64,000 bases of DNA, taken from assembly GCF_041659645.1 (NCBI RefSeq), contig NZ_JBAZXX010000001.1, positions 131,066 through 195,065 of the forward strand, read 5' to 3'. The position numbers and the translations under genes were made by a program. The DNA is from Hyphomicrobium sp. Its GTDB lineage: Bacteria; Pseudomonadota; Alphaproteobacteria; Rhizobiales; Hyphomicrobiaceae. This document shows positions 10,787-21,125 of the stretch, in pieces; positions within the stretch are counted from its first letter, which is position 1, and each line of letters opens with the position of its first letter. Under the pieces are notes generated by a model. The model worked only from the letters and a program-made list of their open reading frames with translations. It had not been told where the DNA came from and made no database searches.

Positions 10787-11455
10787 ACGTGCGGTAAGTT
10801 CACACAACACTCTTCATGGCGAGACGTTCACGCGTTCTCTCAGCCACTCGTGCTGACAGGTGGGCCGGACGAGCTTACCGTCTCAACCCCGATGCGCTTC
10901 GCCAACATCATTCGGCTGAACGAAGCGGGCCAACGTGAAGTCGTCTCCATGCGTTGGGGCTTCGCTGGCAAAGGAGACGCCAATTCCATTCGACCGAAGC
11001 ACATGCACGCGCGGTCTGAAACAATCGATCGCCTGCCGACGTTCGCCAATGCCTTCACGCAGGGTCGCGGTATACTTGTAGTCCACACATTCAATGAGGG
11101 CGAAGAGTTATCTAACGGCAAGACCAAGCAATGGATGATCACGCCAAACGACGAGAAGCCGATTGCGATTGCGGTGATTTGCGAAAAGTGGACGAACGGC
11201 GCTGAAACACTGGACACGTTCATTCAGGTGACGACGCTAGCCAATGCTCTGATTTCAACGATCACCGACAGAATGCCTGCGATACTTCAACCGGAAGATT
11301 GGGCGACGTGGCTTGGCGAAAGGGAAGGTGGTTCTGCGGACGTGAAGACAGTTCTTCGGACATACGAGGATGGCGGCGGCTGGACGATGACCGAACAGGC
11401 GCCCACGAGGAGGTCGAAAGCCCAAAAGCCCGATCCACAGCCGGGTTTGTTTTAG
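10787..11455 (+). CDS. SRAP (SOS response-associated peptidase, HMCES/YedK) family; ACG in the start-codon position
   Basis: In frame ACG-TGC-GGT-AAG-TTC-ACA-CAA = (M)CGKFTQ; MRWGF, FNEG and DRMPAIL motifs; may be a pseudogene. Confidence 0.8.
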   Translation, partial: TCGKFTQHSSWRDVHAFSQPLVLTGGPDELTVSTPMRFANIIRLNEAGQREVVSMRWGFAGKGDANSIRPKHMHARSETIDRLPTFANAFTQGRGILVVHTFNEGEELSNGKTKQWMITPNDEKPIAIAVICEKWTNGAETLDTFIQVTTLANALISTITDRMPAILQPEDWATWLGEREGGSADVKTVLRTYEDGGGWTMTEQAPTRRSKAQKPDPQPGLF

Positions 11456-11512
11456 TCGGACAAAAGATGGCGGTTGCTCAGCAATTATCGAAGCAACCGC
11501 CAAGCATGGCTA

Positions 11513-11770
11513 TTAGAAGCCTATCCAGACACCGCGACGCCAGTATCCGCGACCTTCATGCTCGCGCCAACGGTAACGATGTGCCTCCGCTTCACGCCAG
11601 CGCCAATCGTCGGGATACACCGTAACGCCAAATTCTGGACGATAGACGTGGCGCTCACGAACGTGCCAGCAATCGCCGTCTTCGTTGCAAACGATTTCGG
11701 CTGAAGCGGTAGTAGCGGTAAGCGCAAGGACGCTAGCCGCAGCCAGCGCGCACTTCACAAGAAGCTTCAT
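11513..11770 (-). CDS. Small secreted Cys/Trp/Arg-rich protein
   Basis: Signal peptide ending ASA; CNEDGDCWH motif; GAGAG RBS; upstream EcfG motif. Confidence 0.8.
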   Translation of the reverse strand: MKLLVKCALAAASVLALTATTASAEIVCNEDGDCWHVRERHVYRPEFGVTVYPDDWRWREAEAHRYRWREHEGRGYWRRGVWIGF

Positions 11771-11840
11771 ATCCGTCTCTCCTCGGATGTTTCGTGTTCG
11801 GCGCGTAGCTGCGATGCGCTAAGCCTCGAACCGCCATTTC

Positions 11841-11866
11841 AACGGAGCAAAGAGACGTTCAGTTCC
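11841..11866 (-). promoter_or_regulatory. sigma-EcfG-type promoter (GGAAC-N17-CGTT)
   Basis: Exact motif about 70 nt upstream of the 11770 start. Confidence 0.75.
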
Positions 11867-11909
11867 GCTAAATCGGTGTCTGAATATTCATTCAGCCTTG
11901 GAGCGAAGT

Positions 11910-12095
11910 ATGCCCATTGACCAGACACGGATATTCGCAATCATCCGCGAAATCGAGCAGACACCGCACGACGAGTTGAAAGACATGGACCGCGAGCTTT
12001 TGCTGTCGATTAGACAAACGCTCCAAGAGCACAAAAGGGAAGTCGATAAAGTGCTGTTGCGTCTGGCGTTCGTGGACGAGCAGCAGTTGAACTAG
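11910..12095 (+). CDS. Small helical protein, unknown family (copy A)
   Basis: GGAG RBS; homologous to ORFs at 17734, 31885, 33426 and 33639. Confidence 0.75.
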   Translation: MPIDQTRIFAIIREIEQTPHDELKDMDRELLLSIRQTLQEHKREVDKVLLRLAFVDEQQLN

Positions 12096-12226
12096 AACGT
12101 TCCGCTTTTCGGCCGCCAGATAATCACGCCAATTGCAGCGACCACGATAATCCAGAGAACGGATTCTTTTCCACTTGGTTCGAGACCGCCATAGTCGGGG
12201 GATTTCTCGTAGCCGGATGACATGAG

Positions 12227-12571
12227 TCATTTGCTTTGCGATTTTCGATACGCATCGATCATCTCTTTCGTCACGTCCGCCGCCGAGCAGTAAACGGTCC
12301 AGCCTCCGGCCCTATCGTGTGCGCTGCGCTTACCGCATCTATGACCGGCTCTATCTGTATCGCTCGGGCACCCGCATGGCCCTGGACCGCCGGCTCGATA
12401 GGCAGCGATGGATGCCGCAATGATAGCTGTCACGATAGCCGCGTCAGTGAGAATTTCTTCGGTGCGATCTGAAGGATGTGCTGGTGGCGGCGCAAGGCTA
12501 TCCGCGTATGCGGGGAGGCATAACAGAATAGTACACGCGAGCCCGGCAACACTTGAAAATCGGAAGAACAC
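12227..12571 (-). CDS. Small secreted Cys-rich hypothetical protein
   Basis: Signal peptide; CGCP...RCGKRSA...YC pattern. Confidence 0.7.
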   Translation of the reverse strand: MFFRFSSVAGLACTILLCLPAYADSLAPPPAHPSDRTEEILTDAAIVTAIIAASIAAYRAGGPGPCGCPSDTDRAGHRCGKRSAHDRAGGWTVYCSAADVTKEMIDAYRKSQSK

Positions 12572-12666
12572 GCAACCCCCATCGTCCGAGCGAGCGTTCG
12601 CCTCATCTTCGGTATAAGGTTCAAGTTGCGCGAGAATTTGCGGCCTGTCTAGTCCTGCGTTCTCGC

Positions 12667-12810
12667 ACCATCCTTCGGCTGGAAGATTGGGCGACGTGGC
12701 TTCGAGAAGCGAACACTTCCGTGGCCGACGTGCAGGCGGTTCTTCGCACGTATTACGACGGCGGCAAGTGGACGGTGACTGATCGAACGCCCACGAGAAA
12801 GCCCGCGACC
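12667..12810 (+). pseudogene. SRAP C-terminal fragment
   Basis: ILRLEDWATWL...DVQAVLRTYYDGGKW matches the C-terminus of the 10787 copy. Confidence 0.8.
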
Positions 12811-13068
12811 TACCTCACAAAGGGGATACGGAGCCTGATTATTCGACCCGCCACCACGCCAGATACCCAGGATGCAATGCCGAAACAGACATATCAGGCG
12901 GGTTCGGCGCGTCAGCGTCGTCCAGATAGATTTTCCAGGTGCAGCTCCAATTGAAAGCCGCCCCAACTTATTCTCCCGGCCCGGTTTAAACGCGTCTCGC
13001 GCCCCGGCTCAACTCACAAACGATGTCAGAGCCTTGCCCGATGTCGCCGAGCCCCTAGATTTCCGGTC

Positions 13069-13728
13069 ATGTGCAACTTGTATTCGCAGACCCGGAATGT
13101 CGAAGCCATCCGGCGGCTGTTCAAGGTCAGCCACAACCGCACGATATCAATTGAACCGCAGCCCGCGATCTTCCCCGGCTGGAATGGCAGCGTTGTCCGT
13201 AAGGCCGAGGACGGCGAGCGTGAGCTTGTGACGATGTCATGGGGCTTCGTGCTGTTGCAGCCCGGCAAGGCCCCGCGCCGCGTCACCAACGTCAGGGACG
13301 ACAAGATTCTGACCTCGCGCTTCTGGAAGCCGAGCTTCGAGGCCCGGCGGTGTCTCGTGCCCGCGTCGAGCTATTGCGAGCCGGATAGCGGCAAGCCAGC
13401 CCAATGGCACTGGTTCGCCCTCGATGGCGACGATGACCGGCGGCTATTCGCGTTCCCGGGCATCTGGCAGCCCTGGAACGGTCCGGTGAAGAAAGATGGC
13501 CCTAACGTCGAGCTGGACGTCTACAGCTTCATGACGACGGTGCCGAACGCACTCACGGACTCGATCAATCACGAGCGGATGCCGGTGCTGTTATCTGAGG
13601 AAGCCGACTTCGAGACGTGGCTGTCAGGATCACCGGCTAATGCCTTCGCGCTCGCCAGGAGCTTTGACCCTGCGCAGATGCGGATAGTGCAAAGCGGCTT
13701 AGAAAAGAAAGACCTGTTGGCCGCCTGA
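13069..13728 (+). CDS. SRAP family protein (intact)
   Basis: MCNLY N-terminus (Cys2), WGF, SYCEP Glu and HERMP His. Confidence 0.95.
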   Translation: MCNLYSQTRNVEAIRRLFKVSHNRTISIEPQPAIFPGWNGSVVRKAEDGERELVTMSWGFVLLQPGKAPRRVTNVRDDKILTSRFWKPSFEARRCLVPASSYCEPDSGKPAQWHWFALDGDDDRRLFAFPGIWQPWNGPVKKDGPNVELDVYSFMTTVPNALTDSINHERMPVLLSEEADFETWLSGSPANAFALARSFDPAQMRIVQSGLEKKDLLAA

Positions 13729-13813
13729 TTTCTGGTCGGCGCGGCGACAGCCGCGAAAGTACGGTCATGCTGCGGTGCCGTAATGGGCCTTCGATGATCG
13801 CGGCGTGCCTTCG

Positions 13814-15043
13814 TCAGCGGTCACACGAATATGCTTGGGAGCAACGGACGTAGTCGCCCTTGATTGCAAAATTTGGAGTACTGAACTGCAGTGCGTTCGT
13901 GCCGATGGACTTTAACTGTACGTGCTGCTTCTCCGGCTCGTAGTCCTTAGTTCTACAAGCCATATCCAATTCCATCGGGGCACCGACTTTATCGACGGTT
14001 TCTGTCGTGCAACGGAAAGCCTCATAGAGCAAATCGACCTCATTCCCGCAAATTCCGATCATCTCCGATTGACGCCGCGTCACGTTATCCAAACCCTCGG
14101 CGGTCTCGATCTTACAAGCTTCCGCGGTATGCGCCCAAGTGCCGATCAAATTTGCAAAGGGCACGCTGTTTGCTGAATTGTCTTCCAGTCCGTCCTTTGA
14201 ATGGTCTTTGCCTGTTGCATCGAGCAACGTGAATTTTCGCGATACGAGAACGTTTCCGTTCACAACCAAATCCAACTGCCACTCGCCCAAATGATCCATT
14301 GTTTGCGGCCCGTTGAATTCGGAAAAAAGAATGCGCGTTCCAGAATCCGAGCGGCGGTAAATCCATGGCGACTTAATGTCTTCGTAGCCGGTGCCTCCTT
14401 CGGCCACTTCGAAAGGCCGCTCGGTCGCGTAATTGACGATGAGCGATTCATTGCGGCGAAGAGGCGGAATTAGAAGCTCATAGCCGACGATGAGCCCATC
14501 CTCTTTCACCACTTTGTCTACCGGCACCATCCGGTAATTCATGTGATAGCTGCGAACTTTCGCGTTCTCGGAGTCTTTGGTTTTTATTCCTTCGAAGTTT
14601 TTGCTCGTTGGCAAAAAACGCCCGAAATTTGTGACAACAAGATCAACGAGCCTGCCGCTTTCAGTTCGCACCGAAAATGTTCGAGGTAGCGTATCCGAGG
14701 GAACGTCGCTATCTACTCGTTCGATACCTTCGGATTCCTCAGGGCCAGCTTCATTGCAAGTCCATTCCGAAAGCAGGACATAGACGTCTTTTTGCGCTAT
14801 CCCGCCTCGGGTTCCGTGCAAATTGCCTTTGGCAAACGCCCCGGTGGCGGAGTTCACTTTCTGCGTCACATAAAAAGACCAGCCCGTTCCAATGTGGCTG
14901 TCGCCGGTCCATTGCGGATCGATTGCCATGGGGGATGGCGCGCTGAGTATTCTCGCGTTGCTGTCTTTCGGAAGGCAAAGAGAACCGGCAGAGCAAGTGC
15001 CATACGTCCCAATGAGCGCCAGGATAGTAAGAGCGGCTTTCAC
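13814..15043 (-). CDS. Secreted hypothetical protein
   Basis: Long ORF; signal peptide from GTG 15043 (VKAALTILALIGTYGTCSA); no family recognised. Confidence 0.65.
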   Translation of the reverse strand: MKAALTILALIGTYGTCSAGSLCLPKDSNARILSAPSPMAIDPQWTGDSHIGTGWSFYVTQKVNSATGAFAKGNLHGTRGGIAQKDVYVLLSEWTCNEAGPEESEGIERVDSDVPSDTLPRTFSVRTESGRLVDLVVTNFGRFLPTSKNFEGIKTKDSENAKVRSYHMNYRMVPVDKVVKEDGLIVGYELLIPPLRRNESLIVNYATERPFEVAEGGTGYEDIKSPWIYRRSDSGTRILFSEFNGPQTMDHLGEWQLDLVVNGNVLVSRKFTLLDATGKDHSKDGLEDNSANSVPFANLIGTWAHTAEACKIETAEGLDNVTRRQSEMIGICGNEVDLLYEAFRCTTETVDKVGAPMELDMACRTKDYEPEKQHVQLKSIGTNALQFSTPNFAIKGDYVRCSQAYSCDR

Positions 15044-15624
15044 GACACCCCCTATAATTCTCCATCTGAACTTGTCCAACTTTGCACAGACACGTTTCGC
15101 GCGTGCAATGGGGCGGATCATATGATTTGAAGAAAGATGAATTCTGATCGCTGTTCTTAAGCCAATCAGATCACCCGCACTGACACCTCAGCGTGCCACC
15201 TTCTAGACATGGCTGTTCGGCACACCGGCTGAGCAAGGTTCAGCAGTTTAGGCGGGGCAGTTGCTTATCATTGGCACGGCCGATGCGTTGACACACTATG
15301 GACCATCTGCGAAACGCCTTTCCCTTTAAGTATTCCAAGCGCCTAAACGTCGTTTTGGCGATGGTTGCGATGGTTCTGATCGCGCCGATTGCCGTGCTTC
15401 CTGTGCCGCTGTTTCGAGATCTATTTACCGAGCTTCTCAAAATCGTACGGTCTGGCGGAAACTTACCGTCCTAATCCGAAGGGGAGAGTGGTTGTCGCGC
15501 GATATTTTCGAACCTCAGTCGACGATTTCATCGCCGAGATTGCTAATCGCATTCGCGCGGCACTCTGACGGGAACGAGGTACGTAGATTCGACCTTGTTC
15601 GAAAGCTCTCTGACGACGTTACAC

Positions 15625-15698
15625 GCGCGGGCTTCGACTCCGCACGGATACGTATCGTGCAAAGCAGATTTGAGAAGAAAGATTTGCGGGCTACCTAA
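15625..15698 (+). pseudogene. SRAP extreme C-terminal remnant
   Basis: RAGFDSARIRIVQSRFEKKDLRAT* versus ARSFDPAQMRIVQSGLEKKDLLAA* of the 13069 gene; DNA is also similar. Confidence 0.65.
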
Positions 15699-15754
15699 GC
15701 TGTAGCGCACGCGATGATCTAACAGGAGCTATTTGCGCACTAGAACGATTGGGA

Positions 15755-16429
15755 TCAGAATTTATAACTGACACCAGCGCGCACACCTTGTTCGATGACA
15801 TCGGTGGGATAATTCCAGCCGCTATCCGTCTTCGGATTATCGGTGAAGCGGCCAAAGTCCGTGTAGCGATATTCCACGCGTGTCGTCCAGTGAGGCGACC
15901 AAGCGTATTCGACACCACCGCCCGCGGTCCAGCCAGCCTGAATGTTCGTCGAATTATCGTGGGTTGAACCTTCGTCGTAAGTCGATTGAATGTCGCCAAT
16001 CGCCAAACCGCCGGTGCCATAAATCAAGGCCCGTCCCATCGAGTAGCCGATGCGAGCCCGTAGAGATCCCTGGACGTTGATGTTGGTCTCGATGATACCA
16101 GCGAATTCAGAATCTATCTTGCCGCTAAAATTTGCGGCTTCGATGTCGCCTTCAAATCCTAAGATGATCGAGTTGAAAACATAATTGTAACCGGCATGCA
16201 CACCTCCGATTGCGCCATCGGGACCGGATGATCCTCGCCAATCAGAATTCCCACCAGATTTGCTAACGTCATGGCTGTGAACTTCGCCCCACGAATAACC
16301 GGCTTGCGCACCGACGTAAGCGCCCGCCCACGAAAATGGCGAACTAGCATCGTAGTCATCCGCAGAGCCCGCAAAAGCGGGAGTTCCTATGCACATGCCG
16401 ACTACTGCGATCCAGGTGCTGATTCTCAT
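15755..16429 (-). CDS. Outer-membrane protein, Omp25/RopB-like 8-stranded barrel
   Basis: WAGAYVGAQAGY, GWTAGGGVEY and RVEYRYTDFG motifs; terminal YKF. Confidence 0.9.
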   Translation of the reverse strand: MRISTWIAVVGMCIGTPAFAGSADDYDASSPFSWAGAYVGAQAGYSWGEVHSHDVSKSGGNSDWRGSSGPDGAIGGVHAGYNYVFNSIILGFEGDIEAANFSGKIDSEFAGIIETNINVQGSLRARIGYSMGRALIYGTGGLAIGDIQSTYDEGSTHDNSTNIQAGWTAGGGVEYAWSPHWTTRVEYRYTDFGRFTDNPKTDSGWNYPTDVIEQGVRAGVSYKF

Positions 16430-16524
16430 TGGACGACCTCTTTGATGGTGAGGGTGGATCCCACCATTCGTCATGGGCGTCTAGATCGATCCAGCAACAG
16501 TCCGCAGAATTAGCGGTATACGTC

Positions 16525-16710
16525 CTAAATTTCTACGATTTCGCGAAAGGGGACTGTCAGATCGAAACACAGATCTCTGAATGGATGGGCGAGTTTGTGC
16601 AACGCGTCACGATCAAGGGCAGTGGCGACGTTTTCTATGTCCTGGATCAGCCGGGCGCCGTGCTTTGCAGCACGCTTTCGAGGATTTGTTGATTTCCGAG
16701 GTTTCGCCAT
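16525..16710 (-). CDS. Small hypothetical protein
   Basis: Plausible ORF with basic N-terminus, divergent from 16919. Confidence 0.4.
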   Translation of the reverse strand: MAKPRKSTNPRKRAAKHGARLIQDIENVATALDRDALHKLAHPFRDLCFDLTVPFREIVEI

Positions 16711-16918
16711 CTCCGGCCCCTGCGGCGTAATTCGCGATGCAATGGCTGTATTTTATAGCTGAGTCTGTGAATGTCGATCTCCTGGTAAAATAGGAAATCT
16801 AGGCCCGAGGTCTTAAGTGTGAGCGCACTTGCTTCGGGAGCAAGGGGGCGGAAGTTGGGGTAATGACTAAAATCACTGTCGCCGAACTCCGTGCTATGAT
16901 TGGCGCAAAGCAGGAGGA

Positions 16919-17134
16919 ATGGACGTGCCACTAATCAGTCGACTGAAGGAGCGAAGGGAAAAGCTCCAAGCGCAGCTGGACCGATGGATCGCCCGAGGTT
17001 TCCGGGGAGGCGGCAAAGGCACATCGAACGATGCAACTTCGAAAGAAACAGCTGACAAGGTTTCGGAGATCGCTGATCTCAGCCGCACCATCGCCGAGCA
17101 GGAGACGAAGAAAAAAGATGTCGAAGGTCCTTAA
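16919..17134 (+). CDS. Small coiled-coil hypothetical protein
   Basis: Strong GGAGG RBS; charged helical composition. Confidence 0.6.
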   Translation: MDVPLISRLKERREKLQAQLDRWIARGFRGGGKGTSNDATSKETADKVSEIADLSRTIAEQETKKKDVEGP

Positions 17135-17167
17135 GGGTGAAAAGCCCCCCGCCGACGTCATCCACTT

Positions 17168-17428
17168 CGCCGACTGCTCTACGTCGCGATGACGAGGGCC
17201 AAGGACGACTTGCATCTGATCGTGCCGCAGCGCTTCTTTACGCACGGACAGTCTGCAAAAGGCGATCGACACGTTTATGCGTCGAGGACAAGGTCTATTC
17301 CAAACGCGTTGATCGACCACTTTGAAAGTGCCGCTTGGCCGATAGCAGCTGGTGGCAATTCCACAGCGAGGGCGGGAAGTTTTTCTCGGATCGATGTGGC
17401 GACCAAGATGAAACAGAGATGGGAGTAG
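17168..17428 (+). pseudogene. UvrD/Rep helicase C-terminal fragment
   Basis: In frame RRLLYVAMTRAKDDLHL (helicase motif VI); rest of the gene absent. Confidence 0.85.
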
Positions 17429-17733
17429 TGGAGATCATGATTGGCGAGAATGGTGATCGGATTGTCAGGGCCAATTGACGGATCTTCGCTCGATTCCATT
17501 CCGGATTTGATTAATTTTGGGCTGCGTCGAGATGCAAGCCAGCCACAATTATTGTCATATCATCCGTAGACGTATTGTCTGAATCTGATTCATGTTTTTT
17601 GTCGGTAAGCGAAGGCGTTCGCTCTCCCCGGCACCTTGATGGATGATAGAAACGTGACGCTTTTCCCGACCCAAAGGAAATCGCGTTGAAATTTTGATGA
17701 CATTGTTCCACTCAACAATATTGGTGAGCTCTC

Positions 17734-18042
17734 ATGTCAGAAAATCATTTCGCCACTTCGCACGCGCAATCTGATGATCTTGAATCGATGATGGAAGAAG
17801 CGCGACTGGTCGATTGTCTTTTGTCGGGCGATCAGACGTTACAGCCGGTATCGACTGCTCTAAGCTCTGACCCGGCGATCCTGCTCATATTGTGCCGTGC
17901 GCTCGAGAAAGAAGCCCAAAATAAACTTGATACGTTTAAACGCGAGCATCTGCTCACGATCCACAAATGCCTGGCGGGACTCAAGGAAGATATCGAACGC
18001 CGTCTGGTTGGTTGTTTCGAACCCTCGTTAGCATCGACCTAA
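17734..18042 (+). CDS. Small helical protein family member with N-terminal extension (copy E)
   Basis: LCRALE..L...REHLL.I...L..LK..IE..L matches copies A-D. Confidence 0.6.
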   Translation: MSENHFATSHAQSDDLESMMEEARLVDCLLSGDQTLQPVSTALSSDPAILLILCRALEKEAQNKLDTFKREHLLTIHKCLAGLKEDIERRLVGCFEPSLAST

Positions 18043-18269
18043 TGATGCCGCGCGGGAGCGGCGCGCGCAATCTGTGCTCCTAAAACTGGTCGGACTGGCA
18101 CCCGCTAGCCCTCAGGAGCTTCCTCTTTTCTGAAATAGCTGAAGCACTCTTACGAACGCGTGGGGCCAAATCATTCGTGACGAACGACCTCGTCAATACG
18201 TCCAATGGGTAGCTGACGGTACGACGGGCCTCGAGACGAACGTCAACAGCCGTTGCGAGCCGGAAGGCT

Positions 18270-18794
18270 CTACGGATTGGCGGAGGCTGCTGTCCAAGTT
18301 CGATAATCCGCGTCAGACACTTTCGGTATCGCCTTCACGAACGCGGCAAGGTGCCAAAGCTGATCGTCGGTGAGTCCGGCCTTCCCGAAGCTCGGCATGC
18401 CGGTCATCCGAATTCCGTTTTTGATGACCCAGAAGATTCCCGCAGCACTCCGCTCGTTGGCGACATCCTTCAGGTCGGGGGGATCGGGATTTAGGCCTTC
18501 GGAGAATTTCGACCATTTTACTCCTGGGCCGCCGTGACAGTGCACACAGCCGGCGTTTGCAAAGTCACGTGCCCCTTGCTGAATGACCGTCTGATCGTCG
18601 AGCGGGAAAGGGGCGTTGCCGCCTTCATCTTCGTGCCGCGCGATAGAGGCGTTACGCGTGCGAATGAGCGCCCATTTGACAGGAACCGGATCGCCCACTG
18701 CCGCGGCGACGTCGTAGAAACCGGCGAAAAAATATACTCCGGCAAACACTGCAAGGATAATTGCCAACGCGCCAACAGCAGCAAGGAGTCGCAT
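18270..18794 (-). CDS. Membrane-anchored monoheme cytochrome c
   Basis: CVHCH, IKNGIRMTGMP, N-terminal TM segment, GGAGG RBS. Confidence 0.9.
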   Translation of the reverse strand: MRLLAAVGALAIILAVFAGVYFFAGFYDVAAAVGDPVPVKWALIRTRNASIARHEDEGGNAPFPLDDQTVIQQGARDFANAGCVHCHGGPGVKWSKFSEGLNPDPPDLKDVANERSAAGIFWVIKNGIRMTGMPSFGKAGLTDDQLWHLAAFVKAIPKVSDADYRTWTAASANP

Positions 18795-18950
18795 GCTCGC
18801 CTCCGAGGTATCCGCTCACCATGCCCGGAAAGTACTCCCGAAGCTCAACCGCAGCAATGCTGTTGCAACCCTGGCCATACCTCGAACACGGCGGAGTCAA
18901 AAGCGCGCCCATGGTCGGTGCAATGATGCTCGCGTGTGTGAGCGAGTGCC

Positions 18951-19665
18951 ATGCGTATCGACTGGAACGAAGAAATCTGCGGCCTACCATTGTTGCGCGT
19001 GCGACATCTGCTTCGGCGCGCGGGTCCGGCTCAGTTCAACATTGGGTTTGTGATTGATGTTCTCGGGATCAAGCCCAAAAGCGCCGACGACCTGGTTGCC
19101 GAGCTCATGCGGCGAGGTTGGCTGGAGAAGGCCAAGCCAATAACGCCCCGCCGCCGCGGGAAGAAAAATAGATTATTTTGAAACAACGGTCGTAGGAAAC
19201 GCCTTTGCGATATCGAGAGCGGTTCGACGAATTTCCGGGCCGAAGGCGCAGTTAATTCTCAAAGGCTTCTTGGACAGGGTCAAAGCTGTGAACGCCGACG
19301 ACGACTTTGGCTGGTATGTCGTCGAGGTACGACTCTTCGGAAGCTATCTCGATCCATCCTTTTCTGACCTGGGTGATATCGATCTCGGAATCGAACTCGC
19401 TCGTCGCCCGATAATTGGACGTGATGTCATTGCTCACAACAAGGAGCGCGTGAAGCTATCCGGTCGAACCTCTCTGACCTTTTTCCAGGAGCTAGGCTTT
19501 GCGGAGCTTGAGGTGCGGCGGATTCTAAAGGCGAGAAGCCCCTATATCTCAACGCACAGGTTGGACGACATCGAAGACATCAAGGCCAAAAACCAGCAGC
19601 TATATCGGGCACCAAAGAAGGAAGCGAAGCCTAGAGAGCACCGGCAGCTTCGGTCGAGGACGTAG
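18951..19665 (+). pseudogene. Nucleotidyltransferase-domain (MNT-like) protein with N-terminal winged-helix-like region, frameshifted
   Basis: LFGSYL..GDIDLG motif; the downstream frame is open from 19144 and overlaps the upstream ORF that stops at 19181. Confidence 0.7.
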
Positions 19666-19703
19666 CTTTTCGCCACTCCGATAGGGCTGTTGGCGTGATC
19701 CGA

Positions 19704-20045
19704 TCAATTCGCAAATCGCATGGCGCGGATTTTAGCCCATGCCATCGCGTTCGCTTCGTACTCGGCCATGCCCTCGTCGATATAGAGTTTGCGGAGCTCT
19801 TGAAATAGTTTCTTCCGGGTTTGGACTTTCACGCGCTCATTGAGTCGCGCGGAATAGGGAACGATGAGGCCCATTGGTCGCTCGTCTGAGAGACGCACGC
19901 ACAGATGCCAACTGCTCTGAGAATACCAGATTCCGTCCCGGCGGATTCGAAATTGGTTCCGGATCAACCATCGGAATTGGCCCAGTCTGGGGGGACTGGT
20001 TGGTTGCGACGGTAAATGTTCTGACTGCGCTAGTAAGCTATTCAA
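19704..20045 (-). CDS. Hypothetical protein
   Basis: ORF only; C-terminal half looks helical. Confidence 0.3.
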   Translation of the reverse strand: MNSLLAQSEHLPSQPTSPPRLGQFRWLIRNQFRIRRDGIWYSQSSWHLCVRLSDERPMGLIVPYSARLNERVKVQTRKKLFQELRKLYIDEGMAEYEANAMAWAKIRAMRFAN

Positions 20046-20380
20046 TCATCATCACACATGAATACGGCGCGAAAAGTCAGAATCTTGCGGGATACCAGGC
20101 CGGCGTGTGCTCGGAACCAGCCGGGTTTTTGGCAACCTGGCGGCTCGATCGGCGCTTTTTGCCTGTAATGAATAACGTTATCCGCGCCCGGAAGTGGCCG
20201 GGCTGGCGGTCAGCTGTAGCGCGGTTTCGATCGTCGTGCGTTTTCGACGAGGCGCGTTCGGAAGAGGCCAAGTGAATTTGATCTGCGATCATCGGAAGCG
20301 TCGCGACATATTCCCATTGTCAAAGGGCCAGTATAGTGACCGCATCGTAAAAGCGCACAGCGCGACAGCGGAAAGAAGTT

Positions 20381-20989
20381 TTGGAAGTGAGAAGGTCGTC
20401 AAAGATTAGTTTTTTCAGTCGTTGCAGTCTCATCCTCTTCGCCTTGTGTTGTACGCTACACGCCAACGCGCTCCAACCATCGAACGCGGCGAATATTGAG
20501 CCTGGACAACCCACAGCTGCAAAGAAGAAACCCAAGAGCCTAAAGAAGGACAAGGCGGCTCATACGGAAGCTCCAGCCTCCTCGAGGGCCACGACGATTC
20601 CTGATGACTACAAACTCAACATGCTCATTCGTACGACCATTATTGCTGTGAGTCAGGCGAACAAAACCGGCAACTATTCGGTGCTGCGAGATCTGGGTTC
20701 GCCGAATTTTCAAATCGCCAACAGCGAAGCAAAACTCACGGACGCGTTTGCTGAACAACGCAACGCTCACATTGATTTGTCGCCGGTATTATTTTTCCAA
20801 CCAAAGCTTATCCGCAAACCGGAAATTGATGGCGCTGGTATGCTGCGTCTCACTGGCTTTGTCGCGACCCAACCGAACCAAGTAAATTTCGATCTTGCGT
20901 TTGAGCATTTTCAGGGCGAGTGGCGCTTTTTTGGATTGAGTGTCGGCACGCAGCACGCCACCCCGCCATCAGTGTCTGCTCAGCGTTGA
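20381..20989 (+). CDS. Exported hypothetical protein upstream of the adhesin
   Basis: Signal peptide; ANKTGNYSVLRDLGSPNFQ and DLSPVL motifs. Confidence 0.75.
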   Translation: MEVRRSSKISFFSRCSLILFALCCTLHANALQPSNAANIEPGQPTAAKKKPKSLKKDKAAHTEAPASSRATTIPDDYKLNMLIRTTIIAVSQANKTGNYSVLRDLGSPNFQIANSEAKLTDAFAEQRNAHIDLSPVLFFQPKLIRKPEIDGAGMLRLTGFVATQPNQVNFDLAFEHFQGEWRFFGLSVGTQHATPPSVSAQR

Positions 20990-21125
20990 CTTCCCGTCTG
21001 TAGCAAGTTGGACACGTGAAAAGTTCTTCCTCTGCAGTCATGCTAGCGTCGTCCCGCTTTCACAGAAGTCCTACCAAAGTAGATTTTGGGGGCCATTCCC
21101 GTCGTGTTGCGTAAGAGGGTGTCTG

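Noticed and set aside
11892-12230. Minus-strand ORF similar to 33605-33859
   Set aside because: The similarity is explained by the conserved + strand small-protein genes, which carry an RBS and the family pattern.
10720-13068. LexA boxes (GTTC-N7-GTTC / GAAC-N7-GAAC) upstream of SRAP genes
   Set aside because: None found upstream of 10787 or 13069; SOS control is unsupported.
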